Below, piece by piece: positions 21,506 through 34,660 of a DNA stretch of 64,000 bases (its first letter is position 1; each line of letters begins with the position of its first letter). The notes beneath the pieces are model-generated. The model ran no database searches. It was not told where the DNA came from and saw only the letters and a list, made by a program, of their open reading frames with translations. A program made the position numbers and the translations under genes. Origin of the DNA: Epithemia pelagica (Eukaryota; Protista; Bacillariophyta); the NCBI GenBank assembly GCA_946965045.2, contig OX337228.1, positions 3,782,001 to 3,846,000 of the forward strand, given 5' to 3'.

Positions 21506-21909
21506 AAACCACTTCACGGCAACGCTTCGAACGGTCAAGACCATGGTGTCAGTTTACATTACACATAAACTGTTCGACGTACATGACTAATCGTGTCTGA
21601 ATGGAAATTTCATAGCAAGTGTTCGATAAAGGAAAGAATACAATTGATATGGTCCTTGTTCAGTTATAAACGACTTTATTTGATGACTATTCGATAAAGT
21701 AAAAATGATTGTTTCTTAATGAATGAGAACATGTGAAGTGAGATGAGAATCGAGAGATTTTTTTGTCGAAAGATCTGGGTACACAAACATCAATGTTTGG
21801 TCGACTGCTGCTGAACGCTTTGGTAAATGAGCTTGTAACAAAAGTAAAGAGGAATGCCGTTCACTTGTTTCCGGTTCCACTCTGAAATTACTACTAGAAC
21901 GCCTGTTGT

Positions 21910-24900
21910 TTAGGTGATGACAGTTGGTTCTTCAGTGCCCAAGAATCCCTTAATGTCACAAAGGTCCAAGGCAACGCGAATCAAATCGGCCAAGGCATCG
22001 GCGGCGTTGGCGTCAATCTTTTCGGGTTCGTATTGCTCCACGTACATACGAACAGTTGCACCGGATCCAGCGGTTCCACTCAAACGGAAGATGATACGAG
22101 ATCCATCCTCCATGAGGAATCGCAAACCTTGCTTCTTGGCAACAGAACCGTCGACGGGGTCGACGTAGGTAAAGTCGTCGGCCTTGGCGATAGTGTACTT
22201 GCCAACCGTACGTCCCGTGTTGGTTTCAACATCGGCGCGCATCTTGTCCATCATGGCATTGCATTTGGGCTTGTCCATACCTTCGAAGTCCCATCGGGCG
22301 TAGTAGTTGCGGCCGTACTTCTTCCAGTGTGCCGTCACAATGTCCTCAAGGGTGGTCAAGGGCTTGCTGGCGTCTGGGTTAGCCACTGCCAAGATTTGCA
22401 ACCATGCCAAAACTGCCCACAAACCATCCTTTTCGCGAACGTGGTCAGATCCAGTTCCAAACGACTCTTCACCACACAAAAAGGGAGTGTAGTTGGTTCC
22501 ACCAAACAATTCCTTGGAATCCATCAAGTTGCCAAAGTATTTCCAGCCAGTGGGAGTTTCAAACAAACTGTAGTTCAAGTCCTTGGCGACACGGTCGACA
22601 GCTCCGGATGTGGGCATGGATCGGGCCACACCCTTCAAACCACCTTGGGCACGGATGAATGGAATGGCATCGGCTTGGGCAGCAATGACTGCCAAAGAGT
22701 CGGAGGGACTCACAAAGAATTGTTTTCCCAAAATCATGTTACGGTCACCATCTCCGTCGGCCGCAGCACCAAAATCGGGAATAACGGTGCCTTCGGGCAC
22801 TTCGATCTTCATACCCTTGCGGTCCAATCCCATCTTGGCCACCAATTCCTTGGCGTAGGTCAAGTTGGGGTCGGCATGACCCCCGTTGAAGTCATCCTTG
22901 GGCGTGGCGTTCATGCACACAGATTCAGGTTGACCAAGTTCTTCGCAAATAACCTTCTTGGCGTAGGGTCCATTGACACCATACATGGTATCGTAGACCA
23001 TCGTGAAATCGGGGCGGTCCAACAAGGCCTTGATTTGTCCAAAATCAAAAATGGTCTTGAGCAAGTTGACATGCGTTTCGGTCGACGAGATGACTTCGAC
23101 GGAAACGTCGGTACTGCCATCGGCCGCAGGTACAGTGGTCAAACCAGGCTTGCTGACATCAATGGTAGGGAAGTCAGCGCATGTCATGTAGGACTTGATG
23201 GTGGTGGTACCCGCATAAATGGCATCAGTGAGCGAGGCCGTCGCCGGCTGTCCATGTTCACAGTTGTACTTGATACCAAAGTCTTCCTCTGGGCCACCAG
23301 GGTTGTGACTGGCAGTCAAAATGAAGGCACCAAAGGCCTTTTGCCAGCGAGGACCACGTTCACGAATGACAGCCGACACGGCAGGAGTCGACAAGAGACC
23401 ATCTTGTCCAATCCAGAAGCGCTTGACGCCGTTGGCAACACCCATCTTCACAATGGTCTGAATGGCTTCAGGGTTGAAGTAACGACCATCTCCACCAATC
23501 AACAAAGTTCCCGTCGACACGTCAGTACCCGAGGCCTTGACTGCATCAAAGGTCGCTTGAACAAAGTTGTTGAGATAGTTGGGTTGCATGAATTCCTTCA
23601 CCTTCTTACGCAATCCCGAGGTACCTGGTTTTTGTCCTTCAAACACAGTCGTTTCGACCTTGGTGGGCTGCAAGGGACCCAAGCCGACGGCATCGGTCAA
23701 ATCCAATTCACCAGTGACAACACCAGCGGGAACAAACTTGGCCTCGTCGCTCGAGTTGGTGATCTTGACCTCACCGACAAACTTGGTCTTTTGCGACATT
23801 CGGACCTTTCCCTTGACGGTCAATTTGGTACATCCGACCAACGAGGGGATACCACCAGTCGTGGCGGCCTCCAAGGCGTCGACCAACTTGTACAATTTCG
23901 AGTCCATGCTCATAATGGGAGCGGCACCATTGCACAATGGGTTAAGGACGGGTTTGTTGTCTTCCAAAATGTAGGCGTCGGAACGCAAGAGCAACAAATC
24001 GTTGCACTTCTTGACCGGCGCAAAGCGCGTACGGGGCACGACAATGGCGGTGGCACCTTCAAAGCATTCAATGGCAGCACCCATGGCAGTTTCCAATTGA
24101 ATCACCTTTTGGGAGGAGTCGTCTTTGGGGTCGACCGTCTTTTTGTTCTTGATCATGGGGAGGGGAATGAAACCACCATTCTTGTCAATGACTTGCTTCA
24201 ATTTGTCGAGACGAATCCACAAGTTGTTGGTGTTGAAGAAGCGATGCTTGGTAATATCTTGAAAGGCATCTTCGTCCTCGTCGGCGCACATGGCGGATTC
24301 TCGCAAGATGAGCTGTTGGTCGGAATTTCGAATGGCCAAATGACCACCCTTCTTGTCATTGGCGGTACGTTCGCAGCATTCCATCAAGAAGGATGCATCC
24401 TTTTGGGCAAAGTAAGTCAAGATATCCAAATCGAGGGTGGCACCCAAGTTGTCCGAGTTGGAGACAAACATGTACTTGTATCCTTCGGCCAACAACTTGT
24501 CCAAGCAACCAGAAGCGACCAAGGCAGCGTACAAATCACCGTGACCGGGAGGACACCATTCATTGTCGGGGTTGCTTTCGCAGACAGCGGGCTATCAAAC
24601 ACGAGAAAAAGAACCGCAGTACTGTAAGAACACGAGTCCTTCACAACAGTCTCCCCTGCATGCTGTATACGTACTTCCAAAGTGGTGGCATCAATTTTGG
24701 GCACCTTGTTTTGCAACATTTCCAATCCTTCTTCGTAGGCCAAGGCGGGGTAGTTGGCCTGCAAAAAGTCCAAGGTATCCTTGGAAGTGGAGAAACTGTT
24801 CATGAGCATGAATTTGACCTTGAATCCATGTTCCTTGCGCATGTGCAAGACTTGTTGGGCGGTCAAATCCAAAAAGGTATCATCACCCTTCACCTTAAGC

Positions 24901-25303
24901 AAGGACTTGGCCTTGTCGAGACCCATACCAGTTCCCAAACCGCCATTTAATTTGAGCATGACGGTTTGTTTCAACAAGGCCGTGTCTGCGGTAATTTGGA
25001 ATTCGGCCGACTTGTCCAAATCGGGGACGGGAGCAATGGTGCTTTCGGGGATCATACCAGTAGCACCCGAGGCCAAGGCAGTAAAGGTGGATTCAAAGGC
25101 GGAGATGGCCGAAGTGGCAATGCCTTCGGCCTCCATTTTCGTCTGCATATCGAAAAAGAATTCGACAAACATCGACATGAGATGAAATCACCAAGACGAC
25201 GGCAACGAATCTAACAGAAATGCCATGGTCGAATCTGCAATGTCCATTCATAACAACAACAAATTCATGACAAACTTACACGACAAGGTTCAAACGACGT
25301 CAT
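21910..25303 (-). CDS. UGP/PGM: UDP-glucose pyrophosphorylase/phosphoglucomutase fusion; 3 exons (25303-25280, 25142-24675, 24591-21910)
   Basis: UGP motifs KLNGGLGTGMGL, WCPPGHGDLY; PGM motifs QKPGTSGLRKK, TASHNPGG, DGDGDRN, GEESFG; introns 25279-25143 and 24674-24592 are GT-AG and in frame. Confidence 0.95.
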
Positions 25304-26157
25304 GATTGCAGTGGGTTTGGATGTTTCCACAAAAAATGACCACAAGTGGACAGACAAGTGCGCGATGGATGGCGATGGTTCACGTCGACGATCGACAAGT
25401 CACAAAGGCGGCGACGACAGGTCTGCACCAAAAAGACTGAGGACACCACAAGACTTTTTGGAGTGTTGTCGTCGCGAGTTGGATCTGTTCCGGGATAACG
25501 GACACACAAGCGCAAGATCGCAATAGTGGGAATGGCAGCGATGCAACGGGGGACACCACGTCGCTTCGCAAATGCAATCGTAAGTGCAGTCACTTTCACT
25601 GCGTTGGTTCCGATCGAGCCTGTACAATACCAAGAAAAGATCGCACACGTAAGTGAGGAACCCACATCCTCTTTTGAAGGAATTTGAGAGGGAAAAAGAT
25701 TCGTCCGTGTCCGACCAACAGATTCTCTACCGGCCGGCGCGGAAAGATAGTAGAGAGACCCACAAGCGACTAATATTGAATCTGAGTACGGGAATGATCT
25801 ACCCAACACCCAACACACTAAGCAACAAGGAACAAGGAAAGTTCCCCCTCTAGGAATACCTAGGAGTACCTACTACTCCTAGGAGAACAAAAGAGCACTC
25901 CGGTAACCGGCAACGATGAAGACAGTACAATGTCAATGCTCTCACTGGGATGGATCTCTATGCTGCTCGAATGTTGATATCGAAAGCGTAACTCAAATCC
26001 TCAACTAGGTAGTAATTATTATCTTATATTCCAACAAAACGAATTTCCAAAGACAAACAAAACAAATCATGAAAAGTTGAAATTGTACAAAATCCTCGCG
26101 TCCGGACCACAATGAATACGTTTTGCAACACTGTTTATTCCTGCAGCGTGCGTACTG

Positions 26158-28191
26158 CTATGGCTGTAGTTGTTTCGCGACTTGCTGCAACAATTGAATG
26201 GACACGTCAATGGGTGCCTGTTGTGTGGACTCCACCTGGTCACCCACACCACCGTCACCCACACCACCCCGTGCCAACACTAACAAATCCAAGGGTGTTT
26301 GACCCCATTGGTTGGCTTTGAAGACGGAGGAAGAATAACAGAGGACCAAATAGCGAATAATGCGTGTCCAGGCCTTGTGTTCCTCCGTGACTTGCTCCAC
26401 CACAACGGCAAGATTGGCCAAGGATTTACACGCCAAATGTAACGGAAGCATTCCACAGTGCTTAGTGGCTGGTTTACGAACTGCCTCGGGGAAGGCTTCG
26501 ACCAAGTATTTGACCACATCCACCAATGCCTCCTCGTCGACAAGGGGCATGGTGGCTTTCTGGTCCAGATACAAATGGAGGGGCAACGATCCCGAATCGA
26601 TTGGTTCTTGGACCGACTGAGGCCAGGCCTCGACCAAACATTGGACGACCTTTTTGTTGGCACCCCAGATGCAGGCATGATGGAGGGCGAGGAAACCGCC
26701 ATAGGAACTCCGCAAGTGGACAGCCTTGTTACAGCTATGGACGAGTTCTTGAATATAGCAAGCCGGCGATTGGTCGGCACAAGCTTGGTGCAATCGTGTC
26801 GCGTACTGTTTCACTCGATTGGGCCATTGTCGAGCAAACACACCACGCGGTTTTCGAAACGGTCCAACTACGGCGCGTCGACTTTTGTGGGTTCCTTGGA
26901 CAACAGCACGTGTTGTTGATAGGTCGACATTTCGCGTGGAGGATTGCACCGAGGACGTGGTCGACGATGTGACTGTGGTGGTGGTGGATTCTTGTGCCAT
27001 ACTTGAATTGGATACACCACGTTGGAGAGTGGAGGGGGACAAGGGCGAAGGAAAGGACAGTCCTGCTGCTGGCTTTGGTTTCTTTCTCCGTGTGGTGGTG
27101 GTGGTGCCATTCAGTTCTTGAGAGGCATTCTGAGGAGGAGGCAGCGGAGAAGGCTGAACTGGAGACAATGGCAAAAAGGAGGATGATACCGGTGCTCGTC
27201 GTTCCTGGGCAAGAGGAAACAGGTCGGGGTCTCGGTGGATATGAGGAAACAGGGCACGTTCGCGTTGAAGAAACTGGTCACGTTCTCGTTGGTCGTACTC
27301 CTGGTCATGGTGATTGTCATTCCGGTCTTGTGGATCCTCCGTTTCAGCATCACGGTCGTCGTTCATGGGATAAATATGATCCCACTGAACAGTTCTTTGA
27401 TCTAGCTCGTCCTCCGTAGTCTCTTCCGGTTGCAATCTTGGTGGTGAGTCGTCTTCGTGTTCTTCTTCTTCTTCTTCTTCTTCTTCTTGTCGAGGACGTG
27501 GCTCTTGTGGTACTCCAGAGACGACTGGATCGTCTTGTAGACTTTCATCATCTGCCGCCGGATTGTCTCCTTGTTCTTCTTCCTTTGTCTCTTCGTCGTC
27601 CTCCTCCTCGTCTTGGTCTGATCGAAGAAATGAGTGAACCCGATACTCTTCCAAATTGGGACGGGGTGGCCGTTGATGAGGTGGAAGAGTGGATTCCAAC
27701 CATTTCACCACGTGCCAGGTTTGAGGCAAGGGGTGGTCCGCATGATCGATCAAGCACAAAAAGGCATACTGAAGGGGTGTCCATTTTCGGTGCAAACAGG
27801 GAGCCGTCAAAAGTTGCGGCTCCCAATCAATCATGGCCTGAACGGCTTCCAAGGAGGCACCGTATTGACACAGAAGATGAATTGGCAAGCGAGCTCCCAA
27901 GGCTAGCACTCCATCGTTGGTCCATTCAAAGAGTGTTTCCGGACTGTGCGCAATCAACAAGTTTACGAGTTGGACACTGGGTTGACGCCGACAGACTCGA
28001 TGGAGAGGGAGCCATCCATCGCTGCCACGAATTTCCGTAATGGCATCTGTTTCTCGTCCCAAATCATCAGTACCATCGTGTTGCAACAAGGCTTGAATGG
28101 TTTCCAAGGGTGGCAAGGGTCGTTGTTGACAAGCCACATGCAATTGGGCAATCCGTTCGTTGCGACGACTGTGACGTGTGGGACGAAACAT
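26158..28191 (-). CDS. Ankyrin-like repeat protein of an expanded diatom-type family, with acidic/low-complexity linker
   Basis: Repeated LPLH/LPIH/LALH-x-AC helix motifs (GWLPLHRVC, RLPIHLLC, FLALHHAC, SLPLHLYL, MLPLHLAC) in two blocks. Confidence 0.7.
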   Translation of the reverse strand: MFRPTRHSRRNERIAQLHVACQQRPLPPLETIQALLQHDGTDDLGRETDAITEIRGSDGWLPLHRVCRRQPSVQLVNLLIAHSPETLFEWTNDGVLALGARLPIHLLCQYGASLEAVQAMIDWEPQLLTAPCLHRKWTPLQYAFLCLIDHADHPLPQTWHVVKWLESTLPPHQRPPRPNLEEYRVHSFLRSDQDEEEDDEETKEEEQGDNPAADDESLQDDPVVSGVPQEPRPRQEEEEEEEEEHEDDSPPRLQPEETTEDELDQRTVQWDHIYPMNDDRDAETEDPQDRNDNHHDQEYDQRERDQFLQRERALFPHIHRDPDLFPLAQERRAPVSSSFLPLSPVQPSPLPPPQNASQELNGTTTTTRRKKPKPAAGLSFPSPLSPSTLQRGVSNSSMAQESTTTTVTSSTTSSVQSSTRNVDLSTTRAVVQGTHKSRRAVVGPFRKPRGVFARQWPNRVKQYATRLHQACADQSPACYIQELVHSCNKAVHLRSSYGGFLALHHACIWGANKKVVQCLVEAWPQSVQEPIDSGSLPLHLYLDQKATMPLVDEEALVDVVKYLVEAFPEAVRKPATKHCGMLPLHLACKSLANLAVVVEQVTEEHKAWTRIIRYLVLCYSSSVFKANQWGQTPLDLLVLARGGVGDGGVGDQVESTQQAPIDVSIQLLQQVAKQLQP

Positions 28192-28865
28192 GATCCAGCG
28201 GATGCACTTGTGGGGTAGTGGTTACGAGTCGAGCGTCGAGGAGTGTCTCTCCCGCACAAAAGTCTCTCTGGGGGAACCCGTGAATAGAACAATTCGCCTA
28301 CTTGGCCTTGATGTGTTGTGGATGAATCTCACAAAGCCAAACTGTGGACAGGTTCACCAGAAGGTAGACCACACGAGAGGAGAAGAGAGGGTTGGGTCCT
28401 ACAACAAACAGCAACGGATGACAACAAGTATTACAACAGAAGCAACAACAACAAGACGACGACGCCTCACACATCCAAAATCCAAACCGCGAAAGGAAGA
28501 CGCCAAAGATTGCAAAGCCATGCCAGCGAAATCGGAAGTGCACATAGTGCGTGTGCAGGTTTGTTTGTACTGTTCGGTGCAGTGTGTTTGGTGATGTTCT
28601 GTTCTATGTGGAAGGTTACGATTTACGAGTACACGGATATCCAATTGGGCGGAAGGGCGCAGGGCGCCCATATGGTAGGACTTCGATAAGACATACGACT
28701 GTACGATAAATTGTTAGTATATTAGTCTGAAAGACATCTTGAAAATTCTTGGATTTTTCGTGCTCCCTTCTCCGACGACACCAACGATGGACGACACATC
28801 GTGTCGAGTGTCGAGTGTCGAGGACGTACAACCACCCCGATTCTATTTCGCTCGTCTAGAGAGTA

Positions 28866-31711
28866 ATGAATTCGAACGACACTTTTCGATTCGCGGCCGA
28901 TGATGCGACGGTTGGCCATGTATTCTCACACTCACAACAACAACAGCAACAAGGAGAATCAGATGGTCGCCGCATTCCTGACAACCACCACCAGCATCAA
29001 GACAGTGTCATTCACAGTCACCAGCCAGCAGTCGAAGAATCGGAAGGAGGAGGAAATGTATGGAATCGTATCCGTGCCGAAAGCAATGGTAGCAGCAGCA
29101 CGACACGCCGTTCCTATTGGCCCGTTCTCCCACAACACGACGAAGGAATCACCGTACGGGGATCCTCCACCAACGAATGGTTCTTGTCCTCTCGAGGAGA
29201 AGATCCTCCTAGTGCCATATCGTATCAGTCCCCTGTATCCATGATGATGCAACCCTCGGACGATCTGCCTCCCTCGTTGGCCGATTCGACGACGTTTTGT
29301 CCCACGTATGTGTGGACCCGCATTTCAACACCCTCGGCTCATCCTCATCCGTCCAACAGCAGCAACAACAACAACACGATGGCTCATCCACCACCAAGAG
29401 CTAGATCGGGTGCTGCTAGGTACGACGATGGATGCACTCGTCGGTTTTTGTGGTGCCCTGGTGATTGGTTCGAGTGCTCATACAGTTTGATTGTTGTTTC
29501 TTTCTTTTTTATTAATGTTCTGCTACAATTTCTGGTTGCCATTGCACCCCGAAACACAACAGTGTTGTGGTGGGCGATTGTTTGTACGTGTTGGGTGGCT
29601 ATGGAGGTGGTACGGGTCGATTGGAAGATTTTTGGTGCTTTGACTTTGGTCGACAAACCTGGCATCCGGTCGAGGTTCGTTCCTCGGTGCAACCGGGCTG
29701 TCGGGAAAACAATGGCGTGGTCATGGCCGATCCAGTCACTCAATCCATTTTCTTGTTTGGAGGATACAATGGCCAATCTTGGTTGAACGATTTATGGAAA
29801 TTTGATATTCGCACCCAATGCTGGACCTGTTTGCAAGAATCGACGACGACGACAACAACAACAAGTCCCAACAATCCTCTGTCTCAACAAGAGAATCTCC
29901 GCGTCGATCCGAATCACAGCATTAGCAATCACAAGAGTCTTCAGGGACGACAACGACGTGGTAGTATTCCAAGTCGTCGATTTGGTAATGTCTCTGTCGT
30001 ACACCAAGGTCGTTTCATTGTGTGGGGTGGCTTTGATGGATCTCGCTGGCTCAATGACATGTACGTCTATACCTTTGAAACCAACACGTGGACAGAAATT
30101 CTACCGCCATCAGCATCATCCGCGGATTCGTCGTCAACGGCCGTGTGGCCGTCAGTCCGATCGTGTCCAGCCTGGGCCAAGGACGATCGTTATGTGTACA
30201 TTCAGGGAGGATACGACGGAATGGAACGCAAATCCGACTTTTTTGCCCTCAATCTCACCACCTACCAATGGAAGGAAATGCCCTGTTGGGGAACTCCACC
30301 CTCTCCCCGCTACTTTCATTCCTGTGGCATTGACGGTCACCAACTCTACTTGTACGGTGGATATTCTGGTTCCGAACGATTGGCCGATCTCCATGTGTAT
30401 GATTTGCAAACCCAACATTGGTCTCGGATTGATGCGCGCGGAGGCGACGAGATTCCCAGTGGCCGCTCGTCCTTGGTGTTGCAAGTTTACAAATCTCATC
30501 TTTATGTGTTTGGCGGATACAATGGAATGACCGTCTTGAATGATTTTTACAAATTTCGACTCAAACCCCTGGCCTTGCCTCCGACCTCACTCGTCCAGGA
30601 TTTGGCACAATTGTTACATACTCCCGAGTTGGCCGATGTGGCCTTTTTGGTAGAAGACCAAGTCGTCTATGCCCACAAGGCTATCTTGGCCATTCGATCC
30701 GATTATTTTCGTGTCCTGCTCTGTGGACCCATGCGTGAAGCCACAGCGGCGGCGTCCATAGCAACAGCAACGACGACGGCAAGTGTAAATGCCGCAGAGG
30801 ATGATGACCAAAAACCAGCAGGCTCTACCGGCGATTCGATATCCTCCGAGTCATCGCCACGACAACGACGTCGACAAATAGGAGAGGAAATTGTTCTTTC
30901 GGGTGTTTCCTATCCGACCTTTTTGAGAGTATTGGAGTTTTTGTATACCGATACGGTGAATCTCGGCACAAATGGTGGTGGCGACAACAACGACAATGAC
31001 CAGGAACACACCCATGGCTTTTTGCTAGACGCGGCCATTCAGTTGTTGATTGCCAGTGAATTGTTTTTGCTGGATCGTCTCAAGGCCTTGTGCGAAAACT
31101 TGATTCAACAAGAAATTCAGGTGGACAATGTCATGGAAATTTTGGTCGCCGCCCATCGTCACAATGCAGTGGCACTCAAGGAATTGGCCTTGGACTTTAT
31201 TTTGCAACATTTGAATCTATCTACCGTCATGGATGGTTTGGCCCTGTTAAAATCCGAACCCGATCTGTTGGTGGAGATTATCAAACGAAACTCATCGTCG
31301 TCCGGGCACATAAGGACGCAGTCATCTCCGCCTCGTCATCATCATCATCATCATCACGCCAGTAGTAGTGGGAGCAGCAGTACGACGGGAACCTTTGTGG
31401 AACATACCGCAGGAGCAGCAGCAGCAGCAGCACCGCATCCTCTGTTGCATCGAAGTCCTTCCATTTCCATGGAACAACAACCTCCACCCGCACATGCGGC
31501 AGCCGCTGGTGTCGATCGGATTCCCCCCGATGAGAGTAGTAGTAGTGCCTCGGAGAATCGTTATGTCGTGTATTGGAATGGTCGTACTGCGGCGACGGAC
31601 CGTCATCTGCATTTTCACGAATACCTCCAACATGCTCCACCATCGTCGTCGTCCCAACCAACGAGAGGAGGACGGACGGTACCAACGACACGTCGACTCG
31701 TGTCCCGATGA
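28866..31711 (+). CDS. Kelch-repeat + BTB/POZ protein (LZTR1-like); intron 29420-29562
   Basis: The GT-AG intron joins PRARSGAAS|VVVGDCLYVLGGY in frame; six GGY/GGF kelch repeats; BTB DVAFLVEDQVVYAHKAILAIRSDYFR plus BACK-like region. Confidence 0.88.
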
Positions 31712-32167
31712 TACAGCGAGGGTACAGGAGTGGCACGAAATCACCACAACAGGAAGAAGGCAACGCGGTGAATGTGCCAACCGTTATCCATCGATTGCCG
31801 TGCCTTGGTATTCCCTCTATCTGTGCTGCTCGGAATCTGCCTCTTTGTGATTCGACTGTATAGCAGTCGTCGTCTGTGGCGAGTATGGTATGGCAATACG
31901 AATCCTGACAGTTAACAGTAGTGAGACTTTCAATTCTTTATCCGAGTTATTGGCTTACAGGAAAGGACCTCTTCCAGGTAGGTTCTTCTGGTCCCGTTAT
32001 TCCTCTCTATATTCTTCTAGGAGTACCTAGATAGAACTACTACTACTAGAGAGTACGATCAACAAACACTATCGTTGGATCCCTCGCTTCATGATGTTGC
32101 GTTTCACAGTCCCATGTCGCGGTTGTGATGTTTCTTACCGTAGAGGATTCTTATTATTCTCTTATTA

Positions 32168-34660
32168 TTATTGCAGTACTTGATAGACTTCCTTGGCCGC
32201 CGCCTTGACGTTAGGTCCATGGGGAGAGGCGGCGGGTTCCACTTGCGAGGCCAAACCCAGGGCTTGGGCGGCTGGTTTGGCAACCGAGGGAACCGCCAGA
32301 CAGGTCGTCCCCAAGGCTTGGAGCAATCGCAACATGGCGGTTTCGTCGTAGGCGGTACGGTGTCGTGTCAAAATGGTTCCCACCAGTTCTACCACAGTTT
32401 GGACCGAGGAGGCCGTAGGGTGGTTGTTGTTGTTGTCATTGTCCTGTTTGGTTTGATGATACCAACACCACGCCAAATTGTACAACAAGGTGGCCAAGGC
32501 TCCTCGAACCGTCTTGTGCGGTGAGGCGACGAGGGCGGAGGAGGATACGGCCGCCAAAAGTGGATCGACCAGAGTCGTCAGGATGGCTTGTCGTGCAGCG
32601 CCTCCCGCCTTGAGGGCATTGGTCAAGAGCCTCAAGGACAACATGGGCAAGGCGGCCGTTGTTCCCCATCGCGAGGGAGTTTGTAGCAAGGGCAAGACGT
32701 GGTCGTGCATCAACCGTGTCCAACTGGGTCCCGTGGCGGCCGCCGTGGCGGTGGGATGCAACATGGTAATCCGCGCCAAATCCAACACGACAAATCGTTG
32801 GGCATCCTCCAAAGCAGTCCACAAATCCATCAAGAGCGAAATGTCGTGTTCCGATACGGTACTGGCATGATACCGATTGGTCGCTTGCAACGTCTCGACC
32901 AGGGTGTTGAGACGACTCGCTTGGTCGGGCGTCAATGTGCCAAATTCTTGCAACTTGGCTTGAATTTTCCCCAACAAGGTTTGCGGTGACGTGGATGGCA
33001 ATTCAAAGGCCAATGCATGGGCCATGGGCAGATACTGATACGAGACCATGGGCATGCCCGTTGTTGCGGCTGGCAATGGGTCCATACCGAGTGTGGGTGT
33101 GGCGGAAGCTCCCGTGCGTTGTTGAATGTATTCGGCAATTTGTCGCAATTGATATTGCGGCAACATGTGCGCATCGATAAATCGTTGGGCCGCGACAAAG
33201 GGATTTTCTCCCGTATTGTAGCCAATTTTGAGATGGACGACCGATCCGGATTGTTCCACTTCGACGGGCAAGACATGATCGTAGCGAACGCCATCAATTT
33301 CTTGCGGCGAATTGTTGTTGTTGTTGTTGTTGTTGTTGGTTCCCATGACTTGACCCACTTCAATCCAGGTTTGACTGGCCATGCTCCATTGGGCGGCAAT
33401 GGCAATCCCATTTTTGTTAAAGACTTGGACTTGTCCTTCGGATTTGCCTTGTCGTTGCAAGTTTTGTTCCCAGAGTGGTAATTTGGCAATTTCTTCCGCC
33501 GAGGGACCACCACTTTGTTGTTTCTGTTGGGCGGCTGCCGCGGCTTCGGCCGCTTGTTGAGAAAAGGCTTGTCGTTCACTGTGCAGTGCCATGCGTTGCG
33601 TGGCCCTGGTAAAAATCCGGACCATGCCATGGTCCGTGGCCGTGGCAAAATCGCCATTGGACAAGGCTTCGACCCGCCAGACACAGGCGGTATGCAACAA
33701 GAGTTGGGGTGGTTGTTGAGGACGCATCAAATCCCACACAATGACATGTCCATCTTCGGCCGATGCCACCACACATCCATCCGTGGTGGCACAGACACTC
33801 AAGAGCATGGGTGGTTGTTGTTCCGAGGACGACGACGACGGCACAAAGGTCAAGGTGGAAGTACACTTGCCCGTGTCGACAGCTCGCAGTTTGACCGTCC
33901 CATCGTTGGAACACGTGGCCAACAAAGTACTAGTGTCATTCCCCATGGAGACGAGACTGACATCGCGAATGGGTCCCTCGTGATCATTGGCCACATGATA
34001 GACGGATTGGACATGGCCCGTATGGGTATTCACGTGAAACATGCGGACGGCATGATCTCGAATTTGATTGTTTTGAGCGAGACCGGCCGACCCCGTGACA
34101 ATTTGCAACACCGTTTCGTCGGTCGTTGTTGTTGTGGGTGGAATGAGTGCGACACTGACGGAATTTTCGTGATTCGGCAAGGTGGCAATCAAGGACCGTG
34201 TTTGGACATTCCACACTTTGGCCGTGCCATCCCACGATCCCGAAACGACAAAGTGCTTCCAACACGACAAACTCGTCACGGCCTTGTCGTGTCCTTCCAA
34301 AGTCCCAATCAATTGTCGTGTCGTTCCATTCCACAATCGGACTTTGGCATCCTTGCTGCCCGTGACAACCATCACAGTGTTGTTTGCGACATTGGACCGA
34401 ACAGTACAAATGGCCGTGACTGCCGCATCGTGTTGACCGGATGACCAGGGTTCCAAGGATGCACTGGGAAGACCATATTCCATCACGGTTCCTCCTTGCG
34501 TTCCCGTCACAAGGCGCACCGTATCCACAGCATCACTACGGTCGGCCGAGGGCTTTTGGTCGAGTGATGATGACGACGACGATTCCTCAATAATTCCAAT
34601 GGCTCGAACGCCTTGACCATCGCTCGTCAAGGACTGACTCAGTTCGAATTCCACTTCCAT
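32168..34660 (-). CDS. PLAA: Phospholipase A2-activating protein / Doa1-Ufd3 (WD40-PFU-PUL)
   Basis: WD40 repeats (SGSWDGTAKVW), GKSEGQV...AAQWS, PFU (DGVRYDHVLPVEVE...NPFVAAQRFI), armadillo-like PUL C-terminus; start taken at MEVEFEL. Confidence 0.88.
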   Translation of the reverse strand: MEVEFELSQSLTSDGQGVRAIGIIEESSSSSSLDQKPSADRSDAVDTVRLVTGTQGGTVMEYGLPSASLEPWSSGQHDAAVTAICTVRSNVANNTVMVVTGSKDAKVRLWNGTTRQLIGTLEGHDKAVTSLSCWKHFVVSGSWDGTAKVWNVQTRSLIATLPNHENSVSVALIPPTTTTTDETVLQIVTGSAGLAQNNQIRDHAVRMFHVNTHTGHVQSVYHVANDHEGPIRDVSLVSMGNDTSTLLATCSNDGTVKLRAVDTGKCTSTLTFVPSSSSSEQQPPMLLSVCATTDGCVVASAEDGHVIVWDLMRPQQPPQLLLHTACVWRVEALSNGDFATATDHGMVRIFTRATQRMALHSERQAFSQQAAEAAAAAQQKQQSGGPSAEEIAKLPLWEQNLQRQGKSEGQVQVFNKNGIAIAAQWSMASQTWIEVGQVMGTNNNNNNNNNSPQEIDGVRYDHVLPVEVEQSGSVVHLKIGYNTGENPFVAAQRFIDAHMLPQYQLRQIAEYIQQRTGASATPTLGMDPLPAATTGMPMVSYQYLPMAHALAFELPSTSPQTLLGKIQAKLQEFGTLTPDQASRLNTLVETLQATNRYHASTVSEHDISLLMDLWTALEDAQRFVVLDLARITMLHPTATAAATGPSWTRLMHDHVLPLLQTPSRWGTTAALPMLSLRLLTNALKAGGAARQAILTTLVDPLLAAVSSSALVASPHKTVRGALATLLYNLAWCWYHQTKQDNDNNNNHPTASSVQTVVELVGTILTRHRTAYDETAMLRLLQALGTTCLAVPSVAKPAAQALGLASQVEPAASPHGPNVKAAAKEVYQVLQ

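Noticed and set aside
22033-24627. 864-aa plus-strand ORF
   Set aside because: It is an antisense shadow of the strongly codon-biased UGP/PGM gene and has no recognisable motifs.
28866-29786. Separate 306-aa gene upstream of the Kelch-BTB ORF
   Set aside because: A GT-AG intron (29420-29562) joins it in frame to the Kelch ORF and completes the first kelch repeat.
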